A stretch of 64,000 bases of DNA, from the NCBI GenBank assembly GCA_965112155.1, contig OZ218114.1. The stretch is one strand, 5' to 3'. How positions within the stretch are numbered: the first letter of the stretch is position 1; each line of letters opens with the position of its first letter. Below the pieces are notes generated by a model. The model was not told where the DNA came from and made no database searches. It saw nothing but the letters and a program-made list of their open reading frames with translations. Shown here one piece after another: positions 10,010 to 23,968 of this stretch. Source of the DNA: Podarcis liolepis. Lineage: Eukaryota. The translations under genes and the position numbers were made by a program.

Positions 10010-12774
10010 AGGTTCAAATCTCCACCTGGCCATGAAGCTTTCATGAAGCCAGTCACTACCTGCCAGCTTAGCCTACCTCACAGGGTTGTGGTGAGGATAA
10101 ATAGGTGTTGGAGAACCATGTACACTGCTGAGAGCTCATTGGAGGAAAGGCGGGCTGCAAGCAAATTAAATGAATGAAAAGCAGCATGCTGAGGGGTCCG
10201 AGGAAACATAGCTGGCAGTAATTCACCTGAAGGAACTCTGTGGAACAAATGAGATGAGAAAAAAACTACCAGTCAGGCAGCCTGAGTGCAATTATGTGCC
10301 CCCAGTAACTCTTGGCGCATGTGTGAATGCACATGGAGGGAGTATAGGTTGCCTCTGATGGAGAAACTAATTGTTGGAGCATTTGTGCATTGAAACCTCA
10401 GCTTCTCTCTTCCCAGGAGCGAATTGGCTGGGAGCTATCTCTGAGGGAAGGAAGGGGGAAATCCAGGAAGGAAATCATTTCAGGGGAACAACAAAATAGC
10501 TGGAGACATAATTGCTGTCTATTAGCCCCCTTCATTAAAATAGATTTGCATTTGCATGAGTGGCTGTGAGCAAGGAATGGAAAACAATGTGCTACCAACC
10601 CAAACTCTCTCTGTGTGTGTGTGCTGTATTTGGGAGGGCAAAGGCGGTTTGCTTGCTGGTATGAGGAATGAAACAAGGGGGGGCTGTGCACACCGTATCA
10701 TGTCTCTCTATCCGCCCCCACTTTCTTCAATCTAATGTTCTACACAATTGTTTCATGCTAAACTGAGTGGGAAACAGACCTGGCTGACAGCCTAACATCC
10801 CTGCATGCCTAATACACTTGAAGGACTGGTGCAGCAGGGAATTACCAAGGTAAACATTTGTGTTGTGTGCCTCATTCATAATGAGGAGCGTTGGTCACAG
10901 AGCAAGAATGGAGTGAAAAGGGAAGCTGGCACGAGTGTGTGTGGCACACTCTCCTTGCTGCTTAAATGTTTAGGTCCTGCCCCTTAATCTTAAATGTCGG
11001 TGGGCTGCTGTGGTATATGAAATGGAGTAGGGGAAAGCCTTCTCTATGCAGTTAGAGGTGTTCCCATTCTCTATTTATTATGTCACACACTTGAGGGCTA
11101 AGAGTGCTGGCAACAGTAGGAAAATGGCTCAATCTGAATCCCTGCTTTCCTTCCAGAATCAGGGTGAGAACCTTCCTTGCTAAACAAAGCTGCAAACCTG
11201 AGTTGTATTCCTGACAGTGGTGACTGTTGCTCACTGGGACTGCAAGGGCAGAAGGCAGGAGGACCAACAGTAGGTGGCGCCAGAGCTAATGAAAAGAAGA
11301 GCCAGCTAATTCTTGCTTTGTCCCTCTCCTCCTCCCTGCTGAGTTCTACAAGAGGTGATGCTAAGGCTAAAGAGGAGGAAGCTGGTAGGCCTGGTCTTGT
11401 TGTCAGAAAGAAGGTAGACTGGTGAGGTTGGTGGGGAAATGCCCCCTTTGGCCTTCACTGATTCCATCCTGGACTGCACCCTTGTTTCTGATGTCTGTAT
11501 TTTATGCAGTGATAAAACCTCATGCAATTCACCAGTCCTAAAGAATCAGACCATCTTCGGGATGTGCTGTCAGGGGCTCGATAAGAGTGAAAGAGCAGCA
11601 CTCTCCATGCCAAGCCACAGCAATTTCAGTGATGTGGTGAGCATTTTCATAATCAAAAGGAAGGGATTCAATTCCACCCACACCCTGCTAACAAAGTAGA
11701 TTTTAAATAGCACCAAAACAAATGGATTTGGGATGATTATATTGCCCCAGGAGTTCAGCATCTGTGAGGCTTATCACCATGATAACAGAATATGACATAA
11801 GAATGATTTCTGAGAAAATGAACAGCCCAGTGGAGGTAATAGACATTTTGCAATTCAGGACTGGAGTCTGATTCCTCAGTAGGCAGTGTTGGTTAGCAAA
11901 GGATGCCACTCCCCTCACTTGCCAATTCTGTGCTGAGTATTTGGGCAGTGTTGCTATGGATATAAATGGTGGCCGTATCGGCTGCAACTGTTTTTCGAGC
12001 TGCTGTGTGGATAGTGTCGTAATACAGCTCAGCCACAAGGTGGCACTGTTCTTAGTACGATTTGGGTGGGAACAAAAGTTCCCTGCTCAGTCTTGTTTAA
12101 GAGGCAGAGAGAGGAAAAGTTATTGTCTAGCTATTGTGTGTCTTTTAAGTCTTCCATGACAGCTTTGGTGCCAATTTATTTATGCAGCCCCAGAGGCTCA
12201 AACAAAATGAAAGGCAGGTTTCTGGTTTCAGGGACTTTTTCTGGAATCAAAGGGAGGGTAGAAAGTTCCAGGGAGAATGGGCATCTGACTGAAAAACATG
12301 TTTTCCTATGAAACAACTGCTAGCATCTTGAGGAAGGACATTCCTTTTCTTTAGTTGTTGTCATGCAGAAAAATATATATGCCACATCGGCACAATCTAT
12401 TTAAAGCACTATGATAGCACTTGAACAGCCATGGCTTCCTTCAAAGAATCCTGGGAACTGTAGTTTGTTAAGCATGCTGAGAGTTGTTAGGAGAATGGGG
12501 ATGCCGGGATCTCGATGCTTGAGATAAAAGGGGCAGCGCCAGTAAGGGGTTGTGAAGCAAGGTTTACAAATTAACTACTTCCCCCTTGCCAACTTTGGTA
12601 ACATAAGGAGTCTATCATGCAACTGGGGATATGGGCTGAGTAATGAGACTGCAGCAGAAAGAGAATCTCCAAGAACCTGAGACTGAAGCATGGATGGCTC
12701 AGCTGGAGTGCTGATAACACCAAGGTTGAAGGTTCAATCCTTGTTTGGGACAGCTGCATATTTCTTCATTGCAT

Positions 12775-13332
12775 TGATAATAAAAATAAAAATTATTTAT
12801 ACCCCGCCCTCCCCAGCCAAGACCGGGTTCAGGGCGGCTAACATCCAATATAAAACAATTGATCAAAATACAACTTAAAAAACAAGATTAAAATGCAACA
12901 TTAAAACATTAAAATGCAGCCTCCTTTCAGTGGAAACTCAAATCAAAACTTTTTGGGGGATAAAAGCGTCACGTCTTCACCAAGGCCAGCTATCCAGACT
13001 GGTCCTACATGGGCCAGAAAAAAGCCAGGGAAGTCCCCAAATAGGAGTTCCATCACAGAAGGAGAAAGGAATAAGCAAAGAGGGGGAGGGAATCAAATTG
13101 ATTCCAAGCCAAAGGCCATGCAGAACAACTCTGTCTTTCAGGCCCTGCGGAAAGAAATCAGATCCTGCAGGGCCCTGGTCTCATGAGACAGAGCGTTCCA
13201 CCAGGCCAGTGTTGAAAAGGCCCTGGCTCTGGTTGAGGCTAATCTGACTTCCTTAGGGCCCGGGACCTCTAGGGTGTTGCTATTTATGGACCTTACGGTC
13301 CTCCGTGGGGCATACCGGGATAGGCGGTCCTT
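12775..13332 (-). mobile_element. L2-type LINE 3' fragment inserted into a tRNA-headed, CR1-tailed SINE
   Basis: Tail atttataccccgccctccccagcc and body gagcgttccaccagg / aaaaggccctggctctggttgaggc. The flanks (about 12690-12770 and 13333-13361) rejoin as a SINE ending cccttccaactctacagctctatg. Confidence 0.65.
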
Positions 13333-14482
13333 AGGGACCCTTCCAACTCTACAGCTCTATGAATCTCAAGTTTGATGGAAATATGCAGGCTGCTGGACAT
13401 AGAGGTAGCTCAAAATAAAGCTTAGGGCAGATAAATGAACATTGGTGGCAGGTGGCCATTGGAACTGGCAGGAGCGGAAGGGAGGGATACCAACAGTAGA
13501 TGCAGCCAGAGTCGGAGCCCGTGATAGGCAGAGCTAACTAACTGCAGTTTTGTCCCTGCCCTCCTCCCTGCTAAATCCTACACTATAAACGAACATCATT
13601 TCTGCCTGTTGGAGTATTCCTCCTGTGCTACCAAAGCAGCCCCCAGCCCCAGGCACTAATCTGGTTTGCTTGGTGGTACAATCACAGTTCCTTTTGTTAA
13701 GACCATTGTCTGGTTCTTGGGATTAAAAACAGGGAAAGAAGGATTCTGGATAGAGGGACTGCTTGACAAGATTAGCTGCAGCAAATTGGTTTGTGCTGTA
13801 TCTTCCGTTCCAGGCAATCGGTCATTTATCCTTATTATTACATTGGTGAGGGCCCGGTGCCTGATAACATCGCCTCTGCACAATTGACAGGAATCTAGGT
13901 TTCTCTCTCTCTGTCTGTCCCCTCCTCCCCTTATCAGGGCAGGTGGAAGGCAGAAGAGAATCATTTTCTTCTCATATGCCAAGATGTGTTTTATTTCCAT
14001 CCAGGGAGAGGATTCTCCCACAAACAGCCAGATGGGTGATCCGAACTGATGGGGACAATAGCTGCAGATTAAATGCAGAAGGGGAAAACAAACAAACAAA
14101 CAAAACCCAGGAATTATCTTGGGCATTCTTCAGATGCCCTGTTGATAGAGCCATGGTTTGCTTGCACAAAATATAAGTGGAAGTTAGACTACATTCACTC
14201 TTCGTTGAACAGTCATTCTAGGTTGTTTGTGGCGAGGATACAGGGTGATGGGTTTTGCTTGCACAGGGGGTTATACGCCTTTCCAAAATATATTTGCTCA
14301 TTTGCCCCCATCCTTTACAGTGCATTTCCCCTTCATGTTCCTAACAAAACAGTGTAGGGAAAAAATAACTGGAATTTGCTGAACTAGGGCAACAGAGTGC
14401 TGCAATCCACTTTTAATTTCTGGTAGCTGCTTCAATTCTTCTCACAAAACACTGATAGTCTGCAGCTGGCCTAATACCAGGG

Positions 14483-14601
14483 GGGTGTACCCAGTGCTAG
14501 CCCTGCTCAGAGGAGATCTACTGAAATTAATGGACATTACTATCTTTGTTCCATTAATTTCAGTGAATCTTCTCTGAGTAAAACTTAGTAGGACACAACC
14601 C
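14483..14601. mobile_element. Palindromic MITE (fold-back)
   Basis: Perfect 15-bp stem actgaaattaatgga (14520-14534) / tccattaatttcagt (14550-14564), extended by imperfect pairing to gggtgtaccc / ggacacaaccc. A degenerate relative lies near 57805-57895. Confidence 0.65.
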
Positions 14602-16266
14602 AAGGGTTTTCCCCTCAAACCAACAGTAGTGGGTGTAGCAATGGATTAGACTCTTCATATTCTTAGTGGGCTACATTCCAACTATGCCAAAGTCAGGTCT
14701 AGGGCTGGCTGAGAGACAGTTGGGTGGAGTTCTATTGCACAAGCACAGCTCTTCACATTGATGGAGCAAGCTAGTTAGACACTGCCCATGAAGCTGAAAT
14801 GTACCATTCCTCACAAGTCCCTCCTCTCATTTCCTCCTTTATCACTTTCCACTACATAGCAAGCAAAATCAAAACCTGGTGAGAAGCTGGGAGGCCACCA
14901 TTTCCCGTCTTGCTGGCTTTAAACAGTGCTCCAGTAATTGACTCCTTTTACTCGGAAATTCCAGGAGGAGAGTGTGTGCGCGCACGCATAGCAAGGTTCT
15001 TTGTTTTCATCAAATGTATTGCTTTGCTTTCTGCAAGCTATTTGAATTGTAATTAAACTGCAGCAGCCAAGAGGGAAAAAGGGGACTGCAAGGGAAGGTG
15101 CTCTGAGCAGAAGGCAAGGGAGTGGTTGATTCCCGCCCCCCCCAATGGCCCTGCTGGGTTGCCCTTGGCTTCTCTCTTCTACATTATCTGCATTTAAAAT
15201 TAAATGGTGCAAATGCCCAATGAATGAATATTAAATGGGGCTGCTTGAGGGAGAGGGTGCCTTCGAAAAGTAAAACAAAGTAAGCATAGATTCCCCCGCT
15301 TTTATTCTTTCATTCTTCGTATGCTCCTGGGAAGAGCTTTACTCTTTCTTTCTCACTGTCTGGCTCAAAGTCGGGGAGACCAGACAGAGAACCAAGAGAC
15401 ATGACTCTGCTTTGCAGCACTCCAGAAAGGGGAGCAGGCACTGTGCCTACACCCAACAATGAAGTCAGTTTTAAAGTTGTTTAACATTGTTATGGTGCCT
15501 GGCCTAGAAAACCTGGGAAGATGTCATGACTTTGAGAATGGAGTCTCCCCGTAGGACCATAATCACCACATCTCGTGGCCAAGAGCATAGAGGATTTGAA
15601 CCCAGATGTGTAGGCACCAGCCTACTCTGCAGAGGGAATATTAATATTCATGGCCCCACCCACTTTTGCCACTGGCCCTACCCACCATGGGCATGTGGCC
15701 CTGGGAAGGTTGCCTTCCAAAGCAGTTATGCATACAAATGCATGGTTGGAAGTACCCTTCCTCTACATCTCTACTCCAGCACTTTAAGGCAAAGCTGCAC
15801 ATTATCTTGAGAAAGGCAGAGATAACAGGGAAAGAACAATGGGTTGGAGAAGTGTGCAATCATAGGTGGGATTCAGCGACAGTAGGGAAGGGCACTTAAT
15901 CCTAAGAAGAGTCCTGCTGGAATAGCATCTGGCTCTAACAGTGGCCAATCAGATCCTATGGGAAGCCTGTATGAAGGACTTGAATGGAACAACACTCCCC
16001 TCACTTGTGCTTCACAGCATACAGTCTCCAATTGTGGAGGTAGAATACTACTGTTTCTTCCCTGCAAATACCCTGGGCCTCCCATTTTTAAACCCACTGA
16101 AAAGGGTGTTAGACAAATGCACAGGGATATATCAGGACCCTCCTTATTGATCCGAAGGGGCACTATTTTAGATGTCTGCAAAACAGTTTGCTTTGGGGAT
16201 TCATCTTGGGGAGGGGGGTGGAAATAAAAGGAAGTGTTTTGCTTCTGAGACAATCACAGCTTTCTT

Positions 16267-16703
16267 AGGTAAAGGTAAAGGACCCCTGGACGGTTAAATC
16301 CAGGCAAAGTTGACTGGAGTGTGGCGCTTATCTCGCTTCAGGCCAAAGGAGCTGGAATGCTTTTGAACTGCTAGGTTGGCCACTGATTCGAATCCGCTTG
16401 ACAGTGGTGAGCTCCCGTTGCTCTGTCCCATCTTCTGCCAACCTAGCAGTTCGAAAGCATACCAGTGTGAGTAGATAAATAGGTACCACTGTGGTGGGAA
16501 GTTAAACGGCGTTTCTGTGTGCTCTGGTTTCCGTCACGGTGATCCATTGTGCCAGAAGCATTTTAGTCATGCTGGCCGCATGACCCGAAAGCTGTCTTTG
16601 GACAATTGCCAGTTCCCTTGGCCTGAAAGCAATATGAGCACTGCAACCCCATAGTCACTTTTGACTGGACTTAACCATCCAGGGATCTTTTACCTTTACC
16701 TTT
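16267..16703. mobile_element. Head-to-head composite of two Sauria SINE segments, each with a 3' tail
   Basis: Left arm (minus, 16267-16380, internally deleted) starts aggtaaaggtaaaggacccctgga. Right arm (plus, 16381-16703) ends ttaaccatccagggatcttttacctttaccttt. Confidence 0.85.
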
Positions 16704-16876
16704 CTTAGCTACAGCATCTACCAATGGCTAATGTGGGACAAGGAAGAAATATGAAATCACAAGGTGATAATTCAGGGAAACTAGTTTTTTGGCCCAATAC
16801 CTGCACTTCTGTAAACTTTTATTGGGAGAGAAGACCGGTGACTAAAGTTCAAGAAGTGTAAAGATGGATTAAGTTA

Positions 16877-17041
<165 letters not shown>

Positions 17042-20000
17042 TCAGTGGTCAAGTTAGAATGCCACCTATCTCTCAATACACATTCTAGGAGACAGTGACG
17101 TTACCTCCACAGCTATGAAGCTACCTTACTGTACATTGGTCCATCTACTTCATTTTTCCAAAACCTGGTTACCTCTGGATGTTGTTGGACTCTTAACTCC
17201 CACCAGTTCCATGGTCAATTGTCAGGGATGATGTGAGCTGTAGTCCAACATCTGGAGCTTGGACCAGGTTCGGAAAGCCCCATCAGAGTCTACTATGATG
17301 ACAGCACCTCTTCTGGGTTTCAGACAGTCCTACCTGGAGATGTCCATGATTGAATCTGTGATCTTTTGTATCCATGCATGTGCTTTGCTCAACCACTAAG
17401 CTATGGTCCCATCCCAACAGGTAGATCAATAAGTGCTATATTCAATCAAATGGAGTTGAAAGGTTCCTTTCCATTTAGAAGCTCATCTCAACTTTGAAAT
17501 ACACCAAACCACAGCTGCTAATAAATTGATTTCGGCATATGAAGGAGAACAGCAAACACTGGCAATATGTTTCAATGTTTAAACTATAGATTATATTTGG
17601 GAAGGCTTTGGGACATTTGGTGGCAAATACAGGTCTGGGAACCCTGGAAAGTGGCTGCAAAGTGGATGGATATATTCATTTGCTGGGGAGAATACAGTAT
17701 GTGAGCAGGGAGTGCTACATCCATAGCCCACCTGCTGCTTTCCCCTGAAACTCACTCCAATCACCTTCCCACCACTTTACATAAGAAACACGGTTTGGAA
17801 ACCCAGCTTAGGAAGAGTAAGTTGCGGGTGTGTGTGTGTGTGTGTGCAGTGGAAGGCTGCGCTCCCTGTGTTCCCTGCAAACTTTATTCCCCGTGGCTTC
17901 AAGGTTGAGAATGGCATGCTGTGTTCTCACACCTACTGCATTATTGTCTGTCATTTCACCCTGAATTTTGTGAATAGCATCAGGAATGCATCTAAAAGAT
18001 TCTACAGCAGTGTGGTTTTTCACATTACGTTTCCTGTGAAATATCTGAAACAGGTATTGCTTTGGAGACCACAACCACACCATTCAAATGCAACATGTAA
18101 AACAGCCCTGAGTCAGGTAGACTGATGTGGGAGATGGACACTCTGAGATTTGCTTACTCTCTGCAGTCGGTCCTGCCCTGGCAGAGATTTGCTGGCTCCC
18201 TGCCTCTTTGACCCCTCTGCAATCCACACTGCCAGGAACATGGCCCTCTTGCCCACATCGGGTGCAATCAGCAGCTTTATTAAAGCTTCCTAAGTGCTGA
18301 ATCAGGGAACTTTAATGCAAACCAGTCAGAAAAATCCAAGCTCCTGTGGTATTTAGAAATATGATGAGTCTAAAACAAATATGGCCTTTAAGAGTCAACT
18401 CTTTCTAATTGCCTGCAGAAACAGTTGAGGCTCGATGGCTAATTTTCCACATATACAAGAACTGTCAGGATCTATTGGCAGCTACAGCAGGCAGACATTA
18501 ACTTTCAGTGTTGGGATTTACATGTCGGGTGATGCTGCCCCTTCACCTTTCTGCACAGGGCAAAGCAGAGGCATCTGTCAACCTTCCCCTGCAGGAGTCT
18601 GGATGGTGTCCCGACAGGCCTGCTTCCTTTTGCCGTTCCAACATGTGCTTGCTATGTAAACACAAACCCACACGTTAGCTGTTGGCATTGCCGAGTGTCT
18701 GATCTTGCAGCCAATTCCTCTGCTCATTCTGGGAATTTACACTGATGCTTAGCAAACCACTTAATGCCCTTAGCAGTACTCAGAGATATTGCAAAGGCTG
18801 CTCATATCAGAACTACTGTGTTTGCAAAAGCATTGAAACTGAAAGAGTCTAGTTTTTTGTTCTTTTTAGAAGTGACAAATCTAGGGCTCTGCAAATGTCC
18901 CACTGCACTTTCCAACAAAGCAGGGAGCAGGGATTCAGGAACATCTATGTCGGTGATGGGGAGAAAGTAATTTGACACCTGGCCGCGGAGAGGTTGTTTA
19001 GGTAACTCCCAGACCTACCTGAAACCTTTTGCATGCTTGCTAAGTATGTGCTCTGTCACTCAGCTATGACCCTTTACAGTTGTAAAGTGATCCAAAGATT
19101 TTTTCCTCCATTTCACCCTGCTTTCCAAACTTCTTTAAGGGTAAAAGCCACATAAAGAGAACTGCATTGCAAAATTCAGAGAAAAGCCTTCCGCCGATGA
19201 ATGGGGAATAAGATTGATGAGTGCAGAGGCTTTTTAAGGGGCCCCTGCCTACTACAGGGAGCAGCAAGACAGCATGAGAAGGAAATTGGGATGCTCTGCC
19301 TTGAGAGGAATTGAGCAGGCTCAGGATAAGGAATGGGGAGCAGGGCTATCTTTGGAGAACAGAGCCAGGACTGAAGCATGGACGTATAATTTCCTCAAGT
19401 GTGTTCAGGTGAGCTGATTATTCTCTCAGAACAGCATGGTTATTCTGCCTTCCCCTGGCAGAAATGGATCAGCACTAACGCCTTTTATCATTTCTGTGTA
19501 GGCTGTCATCTGGTCTAGAGCTATGTGGTCCTTGGAGTTGCACAGTGCAGTCATTTGTCAGCTAGAGGGAGCTAAAGGAAAGGCCATGAGGTCTGCACAG
19601 CTGCCTTTCCAAGGCAAGTCATTTGTAACACCTCCCAACACCCGAAAAGACAGACTTCTAACTTGATTTGCTCAAGGCTGAGAAGGAGATGCTGAGCAGG
19701 ATGTTTCAGAACCCAAAAGAAAGAAACGAGATAAGGGTCATGAAGAGGGGTGGTGGTTCCCTTTACCCAATGAATACTGAAAAGAAAAAAGATAAATGAT
19801 AAAATTAGAAGAAAACAAATGTCCAGTGCACTTTTTTGCACAGGGAAGGGACATTAGCTCTAACATTGAAAAGGGCATGAATTCTATGCTGTGGAGGTGA
19901 TCTGAAGGACAGCAACAGTAGAACAGTTCTTCAAAGGCTAAGCAACACTTGGAAGGTTCTGTTCAATCACTATCCAAGATGCCTAAGACACAAAGTCTTA

Positions 20001-23000
20001 GGAGACCCAGCTCACTTGTCAGACCAGCTCAAGTGCTGTCCATGGCGCTAAGCGTAGAGGTGAGTTTTCAAGTCAGTTGCGGAGTGGCCCAACATCACAG
20101 GCCCAAGGCCAGGGAGTCCTTCCTGGCTTGTTAGTTTCAAAAGGGCTCTATCCTTCCTTCTGCAGCAGCAGAACACATGTCAAGTTATTGACGTACAGCT
20201 GGGGTGAGTGACTACTAGTGATATCCAATATATTCTGAAGCTTACTTCCAGGTAAATGTACATAGGAATGCAGCACAATTCCTCCCAAGGGTCCTAGTCA
20301 AGAGGAGGGAATGGATGAGAAATGAATGGCTTGGGGGAACTAAAAGAAAGGAACAAAAGTATGTAAAATGAAGGACTCTGTTCACTGTCCGCACCAAACT
20401 GTTTTGGTTCTGTTGGAGGCCTGATGCTCTTGTTTCTGTAAAATAAGTCTGATTTTATGGTCCACAGCCCCACAAGCCATTTGTAAATCAAACTGCCCAT
20501 AGCACAGGAGTGCATTTATCTCCACATTCCACTTTGGGATTCCTGCATACCCAGATGAAGGCTGCAGAATGGATATGCCTGAATGAACCATGTATCTGAA
20601 GGTAACTCAGGCATTGTAAACAAGGGCTTTAGTTTTTTGTAAAACCTGCAAAGCTGAGTTCAACCTCATGAGTCCCCAATGCCTACTATTTAATATTATC
20701 TGTATTGTTTTTATATGTGCTCATATTGTTTACCACTTCTGGCAGACAGATTTGTATGCTTGAGGAGACCCTGAATCATGGGTTCTGAATTCCTGAAACT
20801 CCATAGGAACTTCTTCTTGTGCATGCATATTGTGTTCAAGGTGTTTGTTACACTATATCATGGGGTCAAAATAAACACAAACATAGAAGGTTTCTTGTTA
20901 CCTGCTCTTTTAAGATCTGTTTGCCCACTCATTAATATTTAGGATGTAGATGGCCTTGTAGTATCATACTTTGAGCTCCCTTGCACCCCAAGAAGTACAC
21001 GTGACTTCCCTCCATTAAGGTGTAATGTGACTTTCACCTGCTCTAGTTACTCACAGCACTTTCACTGAAACAGATGTACAGGTATAGATAGGATATTAAT
21101 AAGTGAATGTGAAAATCCAAGTCCTGGGTTTTATCTCTAGCATGACCGGGGTTGGTTTATACTTGCATGCTAGACTCTTGATTTCTCAACACTTACTTCT
21201 ACTCTACACTTGATGATTAGCCACCAGTTTGCGTGAATTAACTCCTGAAAACCACTGTATAAGGGGATATTGATGAATGCTTTCTCTGCAATATTCAGTG
21301 GAGGATGGTTAGTTCAGCGTAATGAGGCACTGCCCCACCAACCTCAACCTGTCTTCTTACTTACAACTAATCAGGGAGTGGCTCCACCAACTGTTGGTCT
21401 CTCTGCCTTCCACCATGCTAGTCTCAATGAGCACCAATGACTGCTGGTGATACAGCATCTGTGATGGACCATCCACACATGCAAGTTATCACTGCATTCT
21501 GAAACTCCTAGGTGATGAATAGGCAGGCACAGTCCTAGGAAACTGGATCCAGGACTGGGTTGATGCCAGGAGGCTATTTGTCCTTAAGCTTTAGCTGTGC
21601 AGTGCTCTGTAAGCAAGGACTGTTCACAAAAAGAGCCAAACGTGGAGATGGTTTACAAAGTTCCACCTGTCACAAAGAGGCAAAGCGGTTGCCTTGGCCT
21701 TTGGTTAACCCAGATGCTGCTCATAATGGGAATCAATTCAACTTCTATTAGGGTTACTTTGCAAAGATCCCCTTTGAGCAGCGGAAATGTGGAAAGTGCT
21801 GTGACTGCCATGGAAACGTACCTTTCATTTTTTTTTATTAGTCCAGTTATATAAATCAGCCTCCTTGACCTCTGCTCGGTCTAAAACTTCCCCTCTTTGC
21901 TTTGAAAGTGCTGAGAACATTCACTGCCATCTCTGGTCAGCCACCACTGCCTGCTGCCACCAGTGCAGTTTGCAACTAAGGAAGGTCGGCCTTTCCATTA
22001 GGCATGGCGAGGCAGGCACCTAGGGCGCCAGATGCTGGAGTGCAGGTTATGGTGGAGAGAGGTGGCAGTACTGTTTCTGCCAAATGGCTCCCTCACCTAG
22101 CTTGCTGACCCTTAATGCAGTGGAGGACACCACTCCACTGACAGTGTTGAATGCTAGCTCGATTAGCTTCTGTATGTGGAATGAATGGAAGGGGCACCAT
22201 CTTGACCATCTCAGGCAGTCCAGTGTAATTGGACTGTTGCTCTTATCTAGAAGTCCAAAAGTGATCAAACACGTCCATACATTTGCCAGGCCCAGAACTC
22301 CAGGCAGTGAGATAATGAGCCTCTTCACCACACAGCAGCAGAATGGAAAGGGCAGGTGATTGCACAGTTCTCAACACTGGGATAAAATCCGGGGTGGTTC
22401 ATCCCATTTCACTGGGGCAGAATGAGAAAACTGTCGCCTCCCCAGCCGCTAAAGCCTTGTTGACTGGGGTTCTACGGTGGCAGTTTCTGGTGAGATCTCA
22501 TGAGATTTTGCCAGAAGATGCTGCCATGCGAACCTGGTAGCAGGGTGGGGTCCCTGTGGGGGTGCTTCCCTGCAGTATTCTGTTGTCCAAGGTGGCTGCT
22601 CTAGTTTGCCTCCTGGATGGGCCAGCCCTGGTTGTGAACACTGGGATAGAATCACACATCACATGAAAGCACAAAATGTGGAATTGACTACACAACATAA
22701 GTTTCCTCAGAATCCCAGCTCACCTCACAGAGTTGCCCCCCCCCTTAGGCTACAATAATGATGCTCTGAGTTAACTGCAGGATGCAACAGGCATGCCCAG
22801 TTTTCTATATTTCAAGGTGGGCCACAGATCGTTCACATGTTTGATCTACCAGCTCAGCAACAGCTTGTTGTCCCTTCTGAACTGCAAATAACACTGATAT
22901 TTGATCCTGCTGCTGTGGGAATCGCCAGCAGAAAGCAAGAGCAGCGAGGCTGAGAGCAAAGGATTAATCCAATGAACAAATCCAAGAGTCCACTCCATGA

Positions 23001-23509
23001 CTTAGACTTTGCTACTACTCAATATTTACTTTCACAGGCTTTCCACAACCACTCAAAGAACCTCACATGGGATGTAGTGATATGGTACACAACTATCTCC
23101 TGTACTGCTCAGTCTCCTGGCATTGTTATTATTAGTATTAGTATTGAGTCTTTAATGTGCTACAAAACAGCCCCCCCCCCCCGACTTCCTGCTGCAGATT
23201 ATCTCTCTGGAACATTACAACTACAGTGAAGAGCAGCCCATTATCCTTATCCCTGCCTTGTAGATGGGCAGGTGGGGGAAGGGCTGGTGATGAGGCAGGA
23301 GATTATCAAAGGCTAACCCAGTCTTAGGGATGAGCTCAGATTTAAATTATGATTCATGTTCATAGCTGCTACACTTTGTGAGACGAGCATGATATCTACA
23401 ATGCACAGAGCACCCACCTGCCAAAATACTCTAGGCAATAAAGGCAGAAAGAGAATGATGTCATGTGAGTTGAAGCCACCATTTGCGCCTGCAAGAACCA
23501 GTATTGAGG

Positions 23510-23695
23510 AGAGGCTATGCCTCAGTCGCAGAACACCTGCTTTTCATACAGAAGGTCCCAGGTTCAATCCCTGACATTTCCAGGTAGGACTGGAGGAGAC
23601 GCCTTCCTGAAATCCTGGACAGTCACTGCCAACCAGTGTAGCCAGAACGGAGCTAGATGGACCAATGGTCTGACTCAGTAGAGCATCCCTTATAT
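23510..23695 (+). mobile_element. SINE with tRNA-Ala-like head (representative copy)
   Basis: Contains cagaaggtcccaggttcaatccctgacatttccaggtagg and agctagatggaccaatggtctgactcagta. Further copies lie near 5000-5175(-), 9490-9620(-), 17125-17410(-), 41235-41390(-), 42650-42800(+), 42905-43094(+) and 61172-61365(+). Confidence 0.7.
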
Positions 23696-23968
23696 TTACG
23701 ATATTTACATTTATGATGATTTGCACTCTTGATGCTATTGGGGTGGTCAAACTTGATCTTGCTTTCAATGCTGTTTGCACCTCCAGTAGTTTCAGGGTAT
23801 TTATATGACTCCATTGTCAGTGCATATCCTGTAACTTCCTGCTGAAATCCTGTAACCTTTCCTACCACAAATATTATGGGGGCTTTTCTGTCCCACTTTT
23901 ACTGTGCCATAGCCTTTCCAGACAGCAATCCTAGGAAGTGTAGTTTATTAAGGGTGCTGGGAGTTGTT

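Noticed and set aside
11990-12020. REST/RE1 site
   Set aside because: Only the right half-site is loosely matched (GGATAGTGTC); the left half TCAGCACC is absent.
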